Assembly: GCA_029007825.1 (NCBI GenBank)
Contig: JAQXIO010000067.1
Span: forward strand, 3,147-67,146
Direction: 5' to 3'
DNA length: 64,000 bases
From: Bacteroidales bacterium
Lineage (GTDB): Bacteria; Bacteroidota; Bacteroidia; Bacteroidales; JAQXIO01
Below the pieces are notes generated by a model that ran no database searches, was not told the origin of the DNA, and was given only the letters and a program-made list of their open reading frames with translations. A program made the position numbers and the translations under genes. Shown in pieces: positions 9,781-18,673 of this stretch. The first letter of the stretch is position 1; each line of letters begins with the position of its first letter.

Positions 9781-10143
9781 AGCGGTAAGTATTAAAGATG
9801 TAACGTTTACAAATATACAAGCCAAAACAACAAATGACAAATTTGATAAGCAAAAAGATGCAAACCCGCATTATATTATGCTAAAAAAAGCCCGTTATTT
9901 GCATAAAATCAAACACATTAACAGCATGTTACATTTCTGGATACTTTTAAACAGAGACCCAATAAAAAAGTATCAAAATTCATAACTAATAAAATAAGAA
10001 AGACAAAAAAAGGAAGAAAAAGCCACCTCTTATACAAAAACCAACCGAGAAAAATGCACAGCCGGAAGAATCAAGGAATAAGCAAACCCTTCCGGAAAAA
10101 ATAAAATACAGAACCCTCACGGATCGTTCCAGAACATCGAAAA

Positions 10144-10806
10144 TCAGAAATAACAAACCTCTGCATGCTCTGTACCGGCAAACTCACGCAAAAGAGAAAC
10201 CAGCAGAGTCACCGCATCGTCCAGACCGTCACGGCCGCTGTAACCGTTTATAATAGCCAGCAGATGCGAACTGTCCAAACCCAGCTTCGTTCGCTCATGG
10301 TCGCTTGTCGGGGTGCCGATACCCCCTGAAGCATCCCGGTAAACAGGCAGGCACTCGATATTCAGAACGCCCCTGCCGATACCTTCATACGGCTCTTCCG
10401 GACGCCCTACGCCCAATGTCAGCGTATCGCCTGAAATCTTTCCCGCATCGAACCCGCCGATCGAATACCCCGTCTTAGCCGAAACTAAATTAATCAGGTC
10501 GACCACCGTATTTACCCGGTACAGGGATAACCCCTTCACCAAGCGACGGCAAAGACTTTCCGACGAAGGACGGTAACGGTTCGGATCTTTTCCCAGCCGC
10601 TTATACGCCTCGCGTGTCGCCGCTACGGCAGGGTTCTTTTTTATATCCTCCATAACATGCGCCCCTCTGTACCCTTCCGCAAATACATCGATACACCTCC
10701 ACAACTCCTCGTTAAACTCCGTATTCTTTATTGCAGCAAAAACCGCTGCCCCCACGAATCCGGGGCAAGCCTCCCTTATCTCATCCGAAACAACAATCGA
10801 AACCAT
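10144..10806 (-). CDS. B3/B4 tRNA-binding-domain protein (PheT B3/4-related)
   Basis: 220 aa from ATG 10806 (track start 10818 is TTG). MVSIVVSDEIREACPGF...FDAGKI...LTLGVGR layout is typical of stand-alone B3_4 domain proteins. Confidence 0.8.
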   Translation of the reverse strand: MVSIVVSDEIREACPGFVGAAVFAAIKNTEFNEELWRCIDVFAEGYRGAHVMEDIKKNPAVAATREAYKRLGKDPNRYRPSSESLCRRLVKGLSLYRVNTVVDLINLVSAKTGYSIGGFDAGKISGDTLTLGVGRPEEPYEGIGRGVLNIECLPVYRDASGGIGTPTSDHERTKLGLDSSHLLAIINGYSGRDGLDDAVTLLVSLLREFAGTEHAEVCYF

Positions 10807-10971
10807 ATTCCTCAGCAAGCTTTAATTTATTTCATCGCGCCACACTCTGCAACAATATACATCGTTACAAAAATAACACATCTCAATCAAACAAAACATA
10901 CTTGCAAAAAGTCTATAAAAAAATATCCGGCAGAAATAATTCCGCCGGACAAACACCTCTGGAAACGCTAA

Positions 10972-11406
10972 TCACATTTTCAACAAATCATTATAAACAA
11001 GCACGCCCCCGAAATAACCTGTAACAGCAACAAAAACAGCAGCGAGCGAATAAAAAACAAAACCGATATTGCGGAAAAGAACACTATACTTTTTAAACAA
11101 ATGCCTTCCTATATAAAAAACACCGGCAACACAAAACATCGTAACCGTTATGCCGGCAAAAGTGCTATGGATATTCTTTGCCTCCATCAATTTCGGAACC
11201 GTAAAATCAGGAGTAAAAAAAGCTCCTGCCGATGCCGCCGCAATAGCCGATAACACGGCAAAATAAAGAATTATCTCCCCACAGGGGAAACTGCTTCTGC
11301 GCACAAGTGCCACAGCAGCCAGCAACCACCCCAACAGCCCAAGGGCAATCGGGAAATGCACCAGCATAGGATGAATATGAGCCACGTTAAACATAAAAAC
11401 ATTCAT
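10972..11406 (-). CDS. DUF2231-like integral membrane protein
   Basis: 144 aa with four hydrophobic segments and the N-terminal HPMLVHFPIAL motif characteristic of DUF2231. Confidence 0.75.
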   Translation of the reverse strand: MNVFMFNVAHIHPMLVHFPIALGLLGWLLAAVALVRRSSFPCGEIILYFAVLSAIAAASAGAFFTPDFTVPKLMEAKNIHSTFAGITVTMFCVAGVFYIGRHLFKKYSVLFRNIGFVFYSLAAVFVAVTGYFGGVLVYNDLLKM

Positions 11407-11415
11407 TTTTTACAA

Positions 11416-11444
11416 AGACAACAAATGTCTGACATTTGCTGTCT
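11416..11444. promoter_or_regulatory. 29-bp near-perfect palindrome in divergent intergenic region (candidate operator)
   Basis: agacaacaaatgtc (11416-11429), t, gacatttgctgtct (11431-11444). Arms are reverse complements with one mismatch. It starts 10 nt upstream of the DUF2231 start codon. Confidence 0.35.
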
Positions 11445-11643
11445 TCCCTTCGCATTTTTTTCGTAACACCCCTACAGAAAGAAAATATTTTCCCAAAAAC
11501 AAAAAAACTTTCACTAACGTATACGATTTAGTATTCCCCTATTTTCATAGTAGCTCCTCATGCAAAAGTTCCAGTCCAAAATAAAAAGAGAGTCTCAGCG
11601 TTCCTATAAAACAAACCGTAGCAAACAAGCTAACCTCCCGATC

Positions 11644-12153
11644 ATGAAAATTAAAATCTTCAATTTTTTACTCTACGCCCTGTTTCTTTTCCTCCTGTCC
11701 TCCTGCTTCTCATTTCAAGAGATCGGAACAAACGAATACGACAGCGCACAAATACCGTCGGGCACGGAAATAAAAGACATCACATCCGTAGAATGGAAAT
11801 TACTCTGCGGCAAACCCACCCACAATGCAGTCATGATACCACCGCCACAGGATATCCTTCTGACACTCAAAATTATGCCGGACGGACGTTTCAGCGGTTA
11901 TGACGGATGCAACGGTTTTGGAGGTGAAACCCGAATAAAAGGGAATACAATACAATTCCGGTACGGTATGAGTACATCAAGACTATGTGTTGACGACAGA
12001 AATAAGACCAAAGCCCTATTGGACGGGATGCAGCATGTCGACAATTATGCCATCGAAAACAATAAACTCTACCTGAAACAAGGCAATCAGATATGGATGA
12101 TATACGAATTTTTCAAAAAAATCGATCCTCCCTCTCAGGAAAACGATGATTGA
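11644..12153 (+). CDS. META-domain lipoprotein (HslJ-like)
   Basis: Start moved to ATG 11644 (MKIKIFNFLLYALFLFLLSSC, lipobox LSSC). META-type motif GYDGCNGFGG and a second Cys (SRLCV). Confidence 0.8.
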   Translation: MKIKIFNFLLYALFLFLLSSCFSFQEIGTNEYDSAQIPSGTEIKDITSVEWKLLCGKPTHNAVMIPPPQDILLTLKIMPDGRFSGYDGCNGFGGETRIKGNTIQFRYGMSTSRLCVDDRNKTKALLDGMQHVDNYAIENNKLYLKQGNQIWMIYEFFKKIDPPSQENDD

Positions 12154-12239
12154 CAACCCTGATCCGGAAAGCAATACTCAGTTTCTGCCATTTTATATTT
12201 TTCTTTTATCCCCTCATAACAGGAAATTACCAAACCATA

Positions 12240-12285
12240 AATAAAATTCATAAAACAATTATTTATATATTTGCCTTTGTCGGTA
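12240..12285 (+). repeat. orphan copy of a ~46-bp promoter-containing segment (copy 1 of 2)
   Basis: cataaaattcataaaacaattatttatatatttgcctttgtcggta matches 16038-16083 with 3 mismatches; the 34-bp core 12252-12285 has 1 mismatch. It contains tatatttg (TAnnTTTG) at 12266-12273. No plausible plus-strand gene lies downstream. Confidence 0.7.
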
Positions 12286-12313
12286 ACAGGCAAATATCAT
12301 ACAGATAAACCGT

Positions 12314-12604
12314 GTTAACCCGGTACAAGCCTCCCTTCACTAAACTCAGCAGAGACTTTCAGACGAGAAGGACAATAACGGTTCGGTCTTTCTCCAACCG
12401 CTTATCTCTCTTTCATGTGTCGCCACTACGGCAGAATTATACCTTCCATAACATGCGTCCCTCTGCACTCTTCTGTAAATGTATCGATACGCCTCCACAG
12501 CTCCCCTCGTTAAATTCCACATCTTTTATCGTAGCAAAAAACCGCTGCCCCCCAAATCTGGAACAAGTTTCCCTTATCCCATCCGAAACAACGATAAAAA
12601 CCAT
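12314..12604 (-). pseudogene. degraded duplicate of the 5-prime ~290 bp of the B3/4-domain gene
   Basis: DNA aligns by eye to 10510-10806 with many substitutions and small indels. Translation from ATG 12604 begins MVFIVVSDGIRETC.. (real gene MVSIVVSDEIREAC..), then frameshifts and stops. It is truncated at the 3-prime side. Confidence 0.75.
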
Positions 12605-12662
12605 AACATTCGCAATTAAAATCACCCTGTATATCATCATATAAGAACACGCATACCGCTAT

Positions 12663-12706
12663 CACAAAACAAAAACCGGTTTTACACAATCGTATAAAAC
12701 CGGTTT
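12663..12706 (-). terminator. rho-independent terminator of T9SS protease gene
   Basis: 12-bp perfect stem aaaccggtttta (12673-12684) pairs with taaaaccggttt (12695-12706). The plus-strand A-rich run 12663-12672 gives a U-tract on the minus transcript. It lies 20 nt after the stop. Confidence 0.6.
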
Positions 12707-12725
12707 CTACTGACATATCTGAAAT

Positions 12726-15629
12726 TTATTTCCTGATCAAAATCTGTTGTTCGGATTTTCCAACAGAAGATGAAATCTGCAAGACGTAAGCCCCATTATC
12801 CAGGAAAGACAAATCAAGCGAATGTAAACTCGTCGCACTATCGATAGTTTTCAACAAACTACCATTCATATCATACAAGGCAACTTTATTAATTTCAACA
12901 TATTCCGGTGTCATCATATTGACAACTCCGCTCGTAGGATTCGGATAAACCACAATTTCGGAAGAGTTAGAGTCCAATACATCAGTACTGGTCATTTCAC
13001 CAGTGGGCAGAATCTCCGGCGCCCGGAAATCCGCAGCCTCAGCCAAGGCTGAACGCACCACAGACGGGCACGGAACAATCTTCGCTGAAAAATCAGCCCC
13101 TAAAGGGATCGTAGTCCCCGGCTTTATCGTTATAGATTTATAAGCCTCTACGCTATATTTAAGCGCCGTAAAAAACTCGACACCCCGAATCTCTATTGTC
13201 CCAGCCCCTACACTCTTTTTATCTGAAACTTCTGCCAATAATAACGGATCTTTCGGAGTAGCAATAATTTTATCGCCATTACAGTCGGCCACCACAATTT
13301 TCTTATATGCATAAATCGCTTCTGAAGAATTCATGCCAAAAGGCAAAAAATATTTATTGGCGTCCGGATAGCATTGTCTAAATGCATCATGACCTACATA
13401 TCCGGCAGTTAAACGCATCAAAACCTGAGCTTTAATAACTCCTGGAGCTGTCAGTTCAATCTGCTTACTACTTGGCGTATAATATTTTCCGGGATTCGTT
13501 TCTTTATATTCATATGCCGTATTAAACGTATCCGCTGAAACAACATTGCCACTAATACTCCAAGCTCGCATACCGATTCCATAAAACCGCGGCGTATTCC
13601 AATATAAACACTCTTTTCCTGCAGATGAACCAGAATAACAACCCGCCTCTTCTTCTGTTATATTCATCTTCAATGTATTCGAAAGTTGTGCTGACTCCCT
13701 TAATGTTATACGGCTACCCGGAGCATATTTTTGCTGTGGATTTATGATCTCGAGCGTAACATTACCACATGTAGCTTCCCCCGCAGGCTTCACTACAATT
13801 CTAAACTCTTTTATCGAATATCCATCATGACCGTTCGCCTCACGAGAAATGCGGAGCACGGCTTTGTATTCTCCCGGCGCTGTCAACTGAGGTAAAGTTA
13901 TTCCATAATTATTCAAAACAGCTATATTACTATTATTCCCGCTTTTACCTAATGTTACAGCTGGCGCCACATAATAATAATTATCATCACTATAACTATG
14001 AAGCGGATAATATACCCTATCATCAAAAGGCTGCTTATTCACTGTCAAATGAAGAATTGCAACTTCTTTATCTTTATAAAACTGTCCTTGAAGAAAAACC
14101 TTCACAATTGGCTGCTGATCTTCAACCGCATTTGTAACAGTAGGCTGTATTGTTAAATCATAGCCGGAAGGTCCACCCCCATCAATCGGAGGAACATATG
14201 TTCCGGCCTCTGTTCCCATCAAATATCCCCAGAGATCACCGCTGTTTTTATTAGCATCCGATAATTTGCCATAACATGTAATTCTTTCAGTAAGAGGTGA
14301 ATTACATGTCACAGAAGGAACTCCTCCATGACAAACACCTATAACCTGATGTTTATGGTTAAACAAAGGCGATCCGGATGCCCCAGGCTCTGTCTTAAAA
14401 CCAGTTGTTGCCCGTACATCCCAATGGTCATCACCGGGCTTATTCCAACCTGTAGAAGTAGCCGCCGCCTCACTGATCAAAATCTTTTTCACATCTCCTT
14501 CCGGATGATAAACACCGACCAGCGGCTCGCTCGTACTGCCAAGGGGAATAAACGATTCTGAAAAGCTATAACCCGCAAAAGCAACATCGTACTTCGCTAT
14601 ATCCTTCACCGTATTATTCAACTCCAGCAATAAATAATCCGAACGCAACGAACCTTCGTCTCTCGACAGCACCTTAGCGCCCAGTGCCGATTTAGTCGTA
14701 TTTTTAATCAAATCGGATCCGTCACTGCTACACGAGCTGGATTCGTGCCTGAAAAGAAACAGCCAGTCTGCCACCTCCCCCAGCTCCCCCTTACTATTTT
14801 CATAGCAATGGTTAGACGTAAAAACCAACGGCTTAAACCGGGCAACATAATTTGTCCCGTCATTGACCAACACGCCGGAACAATGCCCCCAATACTCACC
14901 AACCGAGTCTTTCAGCAAAATCATTAGAGCCGATTTTATCTCGACATCATATCCACTTCCTGCCAAACAACTCGTATTGATCTGACATGCTGCCGATCCA
15001 TCCGGGCTAAACGGTCCCTTATTAGGAGTAAAACATTTATCGAAAATATAAACCACTCGATCTATAAAGATCGTACTCTTTTTAGCCCCTGCCGGCGCAA
15101 CATATTCCACATAAATGCTTCTGCCATTTATATATTGCGTCAGGAAGGTTTTATCCTCCCTGTTATTTTCAGAAGTAAATGAACCCAGCAACATCGACCG
15201 GTCTTCATTATATACAAAAAGTTTAGCCCCTTTTGCCATCTTAAATTTACTGAAAATCAACTGATACCCTTCAGCTTTCTCCGATTCGATTTTTAATAGC
15301 CACACTTTTTCATCGTTATCGGTCTCTATCTTCTGTGCCGATCTGAAAAAATCGATCCGGGTATATACCTCTTTACCATAATAAAAGCCATCGCTACACT
15401 CTCTGCAATTTCCGCCACGCTCCTCGAGTTCTCTCTTGATCTCTTCCCGGTCAAGATCTTCTACGATATAAGTAGAAACATCTTCGGCTCCGGCCGTTCT
15501 GGCACGTAAACCCTGATTCGAAAAAGAGTACGGCTGCCCTCCGTAGCTTATCTGAGCCGACACGGACGACACAAAAATCAAAAAGCCTGACAACAGGCAA
15601 CATTTCAGCAAAATTCCAATTTTATTCAT
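12726..15629 (-). CDS. secreted trypsin-like (S1-type) serine endopeptidase with T9SS C-terminal sorting domain
   Basis: 967 aa. Signal peptide (..VSSVSAQ). Candidate triad motifs TSNHCY (His), SDYLLLEL (Asp), EPGASGSPLF (Ser). C-terminus VVYPNPTSGVVNM...LDLSFLDNGAYVLQI...QILIRK is typical of T9SS type A CTDs. Confidence 0.85.
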   Translation of the reverse strand: MNKIGILLKCCLLSGFLIFVSSVSAQISYGGQPYSFSNQGLRARTAGAEDVSTYIVEDLDREEIKRELEERGGNCRECSDGFYYGKEVYTRIDFFRSAQKIETDNDEKVWLLKIESEKAEGYQLIFSKFKMAKGAKLFVYNEDRSMLLGSFTSENNREDKTFLTQYINGRSIYVEYVAPAGAKKSTIFIDRVVYIFDKCFTPNKGPFSPDGSAACQINTSCLAGSGYDVEIKSALMILLKDSVGEYWGHCSGVLVNDGTNYVARFKPLVFTSNHCYENSKGELGEVADWLFLFRHESSSCSSDGSDLIKNTTKSALGAKVLSRDEGSLRSDYLLLELNNTVKDIAKYDVAFAGYSFSESFIPLGSTSEPLVGVYHPEGDVKKILISEAAATSTGWNKPGDDHWDVRATTGFKTEPGASGSPLFNHKHQVIGVCHGGVPSVTCNSPLTERITCYGKLSDANKNSGDLWGYLMGTEAGTYVPPIDGGGPSGYDLTIQPTVTNAVEDQQPIVKVFLQGQFYKDKEVAILHLTVNKQPFDDRVYYPLHSYSDDNYYYVAPAVTLGKSGNNSNIAVLNNYGITLPQLTAPGEYKAVLRISREANGHDGYSIKEFRIVVKPAGEATCGNVTLEIINPQQKYAPGSRITLRESAQLSNTLKMNITEEEAGCYSGSSAGKECLYWNTPRFYGIGMRAWSISGNVVSADTFNTAYEYKETNPGKYYTPSSKQIELTAPGVIKAQVLMRLTAGYVGHDAFRQCYPDANKYFLPFGMNSSEAIYAYKKIVVADCNGDKIIATPKDPLLLAEVSDKKSVGAGTIEIRGVEFFTALKYSVEAYKSITIKPGTTIPLGADFSAKIVPCPSVVRSALAEAADFRAPEILPTGEMTSTDVLDSNSSEIVVYPNPTSGVVNMMTPEYVEINKVALYDMNGSLLKTIDSATSLHSLDLSFLDNGAYVLQISSSVGKSEQQILIRK

Positions 15630-16037
15630 AAGTATATCATATATTTATTTGCAAACATCTCCTATTCAACCCAACCTATTTTCCGAAAAGAAATAGCATC
15701 CTATAATAAAAAGCACTTGATATGCATATATATTTATAAACATTTACAAAAATATATAATTCATTTAATAAAACAACCATAATAATAATGATTATTTATA
15801 GCGCTGTTTAAGAAATCAAATAAACTTATTTTAACAAAACAGTTGATTACGCCTCAGCAATATGCCATATACCGACTTTTTTAACCGATAAGTCAGTCAT
15901 AATTCGCAGCACAAAGAATTAACATAATACAGCATAAATCATATCAACTGTGTATCAGCCACAACTACTCCTATATATTTTTTAATCATCTTAATACGAT
16001 TCGTCTATTACACCATTCCTCTTTATTTATCCCAAAT

Positions 16038-16083
16038 CATAAAATTTACAAAACAATTATTTATATATTTGTCTTTGTCGGTA
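16038..16083 (+). repeat. promoter-containing segment (copy 2 of 2), functional copy upstream of DUF975 gene
   Basis: cataaaatttacaaaacaattatttatatatttgtctttgtcggta. The -7 box tatatttg sits at 16064-16071, 59 nt upstream of ATG 16130. Confidence 0.7.
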
Positions 16084-16129
16084 GCAAACCACTGCTATGT
16101 AGATACACTTAACCTATAAAACAACACAT

Positions 16130-16762
16130 ATGGAAAAAATTCAAGCATCCGCTATGCGTGCAGAAGCACGCGAAGCACTCAAAGGCAAATGGAACATCTC
16201 TGCACTGGCAGCACTGGTGTATGTACTGGTTTCACTCGTTATACAGGCTCCCGCCGAACGCATGACAATCGTCACCATTATCCTCGCCCTCACCATCGGG
16301 GTTATGATGGGGATCAACCTCTATTACATTTTTCAGGACCTTCTCCTCGCTGGAAAAAAACCGGAAATCGGAGAACTCTTCTCCTTTAAGAACTACTGGA
16401 AAGTACTTGCCACCACACTTCTGGCAGGGGTATTGATAATCATCGGGGTTATCCTGCTGATTGTTCCCGGCATCATTGTAGCACTCGGCCTCTCCCAATA
16501 CTACTACATTCTGCGCGAACATCCCGAATACTCTCCCGCCGAAGTATTGAGCACAAGCTGGAAAATGATGAAAGGGCATAAAATGGAATTCTTTATACTC
16601 GGGCTGAGCTTTATCGGGTGGGTCCTTCTCGGAATCATCAGTGTCGTAGGAATCCTGTGGGTAATACCTTATATATACACCGCTATGGCAGCCTTTTACC
16701 GGAAGCTGAAAGAAATTGAAGGCGAAACCATCGTTATCGTGGAAGAAACTGTTACAGAATAA
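16130..16762 (+). CDS. DUF975-family integral membrane protein
   Basis: 210 aa. The N-terminal AREALKGKW motif and 4-5 hydrophobic segments are typical of DUF975. Confidence 0.75.
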   Translation: MEKIQASAMRAEAREALKGKWNISALAALVYVLVSLVIQAPAERMTIVTIILALTIGVMMGINLYYIFQDLLLAGKKPEIGELFSFKNYWKVLATTLLAGVLIIIGVILLIVPGIIVALGLSQYYYILREHPEYSPAEVLSTSWKMMKGHKMEFFILGLSFIGWVLLGIISVVGILWVIPYIYTAMAAFYRKLKEIEGETIVIVEETVTE

Positions 16763-16822
16763 AACGAAACTTTCCGGAAAAGAAGGGATAACGACCACCC
16801 CTTCTGATCACAATAAAAAGAG

Positions 16823-16857
16823 AGCCGCAGGAGAATCAACCCCTGCGGCTTTCATTC
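16823..16857 (+). terminator. candidate rho-independent terminator
   Basis: Stem agccgcagg (16823-16831) pairs with cctgcggct (16842-16850), followed by ttcattc (weak T-tract). Confidence 0.45.
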
Positions 16858-17176
16858 GTAAAACCGCCGCACTTCCGTCTATACCGTTCGGAAATATAAA
16901 CCGTACACATACCAGCTTCCCATACCGTAAAGACACGGCACCCTGTAAAGCGAAGGCAAGCCGGAGGAAACCCTCTCAGGAAAACAAGCTCCATTCCGTG
17001 AAACAAAGCCGGCTCAAACTATTCCGCAAATCCGGCGTTTTTCGTACCTTGCATACAAATTAAGGACAACGTGCCGGAAAATAAATAATCGTTGTTGTAT
17101 CGAGCAAAAAACAATTATTTTCATCACCCGAACCGCCGCCGCATAAAAGCCCGGTAAAAAAGAGAAAAATATTTTG

Positions 17177-18322
17177 ATGGATCTGAAAATTTTAAACATT
17201 ATCGAAGCGGTTACCATAACCACCTTCTTCCTGTCGGGACTCGTCTTACTCTTTTTATCGAAAGGCTGCAGCGCAAAAAAAGCGCTCGGCTGGGGTATGC
17301 TCTACGTCGGAGTCGTAATAACAGCCGGGAAATACCTCATGCACCACTATGCAGCGGCAACGCTGCAGATACTGAAACCCCTCACGATACTGATGGGACT
17401 TCCCGTTGCAGGCGTCTTTATCTTCTATCTTTACGAACTGGTTTATCCCGGATGGGTAACACGTAAAAAAATCGCATTGATCGCCGCACCCGCACTGCTG
17501 TCAATCGCTCTCTACTTGTGCGGATTCGCTTTCCTTTTCCGGCCCGTATCCATAACGTCGTACGGGCAGTTGTGGGACAACCTCTTCTCCTTCGACATTC
17601 TGATGCGTATACTAATGGTCTCCATCAGCATAGGCTACGCCGTTATGCTCCTGATCCTCTCCATACGCCTGTCGGAAATAAAAGAAAAACACATCATTGA
17701 GCTCTACTCTTTCCGCAGAAAAGTATCGATCGACTGGATGATTGCGGTTGCAGCGCTAAACTTCCTGCTATGCCTCATCTTCCTCTTCAACCTCTTTACC
17801 GTCAGCTCATCCGTAATCTTTCTCCACCACATACTCAGCGCAGCCATGTACTTCTTTATTGCCATCATGGCATTCAGGCAGGAAACGGTACTGAAAGAAG
17901 AAAACCCCGCAACCCCCGACACCAAAGACTACAAAGACTACAAAGACTACAAAGAGGCGTTGGCAGACGAATGGTACGGCCGGCTCGAACGCTATATGGA
18001 CGAAAAGAAACCCTACCTGAACCCCAAATTGACCTTGCCGCAACTGGCCTCCGAAATAGGTAAAAACCGCACCAACCTCTCCGCGTTGATACATGAACGC
18101 TACGGAACCAGTTTCCTGGACTTTATCAACCGTTACCGCATAAACGAGTTCAAGCGGATACTGGACGAATGCGGAGCGCAAAACATCAAGATCAGCGAAA
18201 TCTATACCGAAATCGGCTTCCAGTCACGAACTACCTTCTATAAATATTTTACAAAGCACGAAGGCGTCACCCCGTCGGAATATCTGCGCACCCGCAGAGA
18301 AACAAAAACACCCGAACCATAA
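17177..18322 (+). CDS. membrane-anchored AraC-family transcriptional regulator
   Basis: About 7 N-terminal hydrophobic segments, a KDYKDYKDYK linker, and a C-terminal AraC HTH (LTLPQLASEIGKNRTNLSALI...IGFQSRTTFYKYFTKHEGVTPSEY). Start set to ATG 17177 (track start 17174 is TTG). Confidence 0.8.
   Translation: MDLKILNIIEAVTITTFFLSGLVLLFLSKGCSAKKALGWGMLYVGVVITAGKYLMHHYAAATLQILKPLTILMGLPVAGVFIFYLYELVYPGWVTRKKIALIAAPALLSIALYLCGFAFLFRPVSITSYGQLWDNLFSFDILMRILMVSISIGYAVMLLILSIRLSEIKEKHIIELYSFRRKVSIDWMIAVAALNFLLCLIFLFNLFTVSSSVIFLHHILSAAMYFFIAIMAFRQETVLKEENPATPDTKDYKDYKDYKEALADEWYGRLERYMDEKKPYLNPKLTLPQLASEIGKNRTNLSALIHERYGTSFLDFINRYRINEFKRILDECGAQNIKISEIYTEIGFQSRTTFYKYFTKHEGVTPSEYLRTRRETKTPEP
17924..17955 (+). 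repeat. 9-bp tandem repeat (aaagactac x3 plus partial), in frame
   Basis: aaagactac at 17924-17932, 17933-17941 and 17942-17950, then aaagag. Encodes KDYKDYKDYKE. Confidence 0.9.
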
Positions 18323-18610
18323 AGACCGGCATCGTATATTCCGCTCCCACTCCCCCGCTTCATAAGCCCGGACCAACAAGAATCCGACCGGAAACCGCAA
18401 ACAACGGAAAAAAACACAGCAACATTATCCCGTATTCAAACAGGCTACTGCAACAACGCCTTCCCCTCGCAGGAGCCGCACCCTTCTCCGGCAGACTCGT
18501 TTCGCCCCTCCGGCAAAAGACATATCACAGTTCCCCTTAGAAGTGCCGCCTACGTACCTTGCGGCAGCAGAAAAACATTCCCCTGCAAAAAAACACTTGA
18601 CGGCAACCGG

Positions 18611-18651
18611 AATAAATAAAGAGAGGATATCCCTTTTCCGGATACCCTCTC
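18611..18651 (-). terminator. rho-independent terminator of the giant T9SS gene pair
   Basis: Stem gagaggatatcc (18621-18632) pairs with ggataccctctc (18640-18651), 1 mismatch, 7-nt loop. Plus-strand aataaataaa (18611-18620) gives a U-rich tract on the minus transcript. It lies 23 nt after the stop. Confidence 0.6.
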
Positions 18652-18673
18652 CTCTCATTCGACTATGCCTGTT

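Noticed and set aside
12312-12644. 110-aa plus-strand ORF downstream of the orphan promoter copy
   Set aside because: It is simply the antisense of the decayed B3/4 gene fragment and has no independent coding signal. It was considered as a new gene created by the rearrangement, but the sequence is Ser/Thr/Pro-rich and unconvincing.
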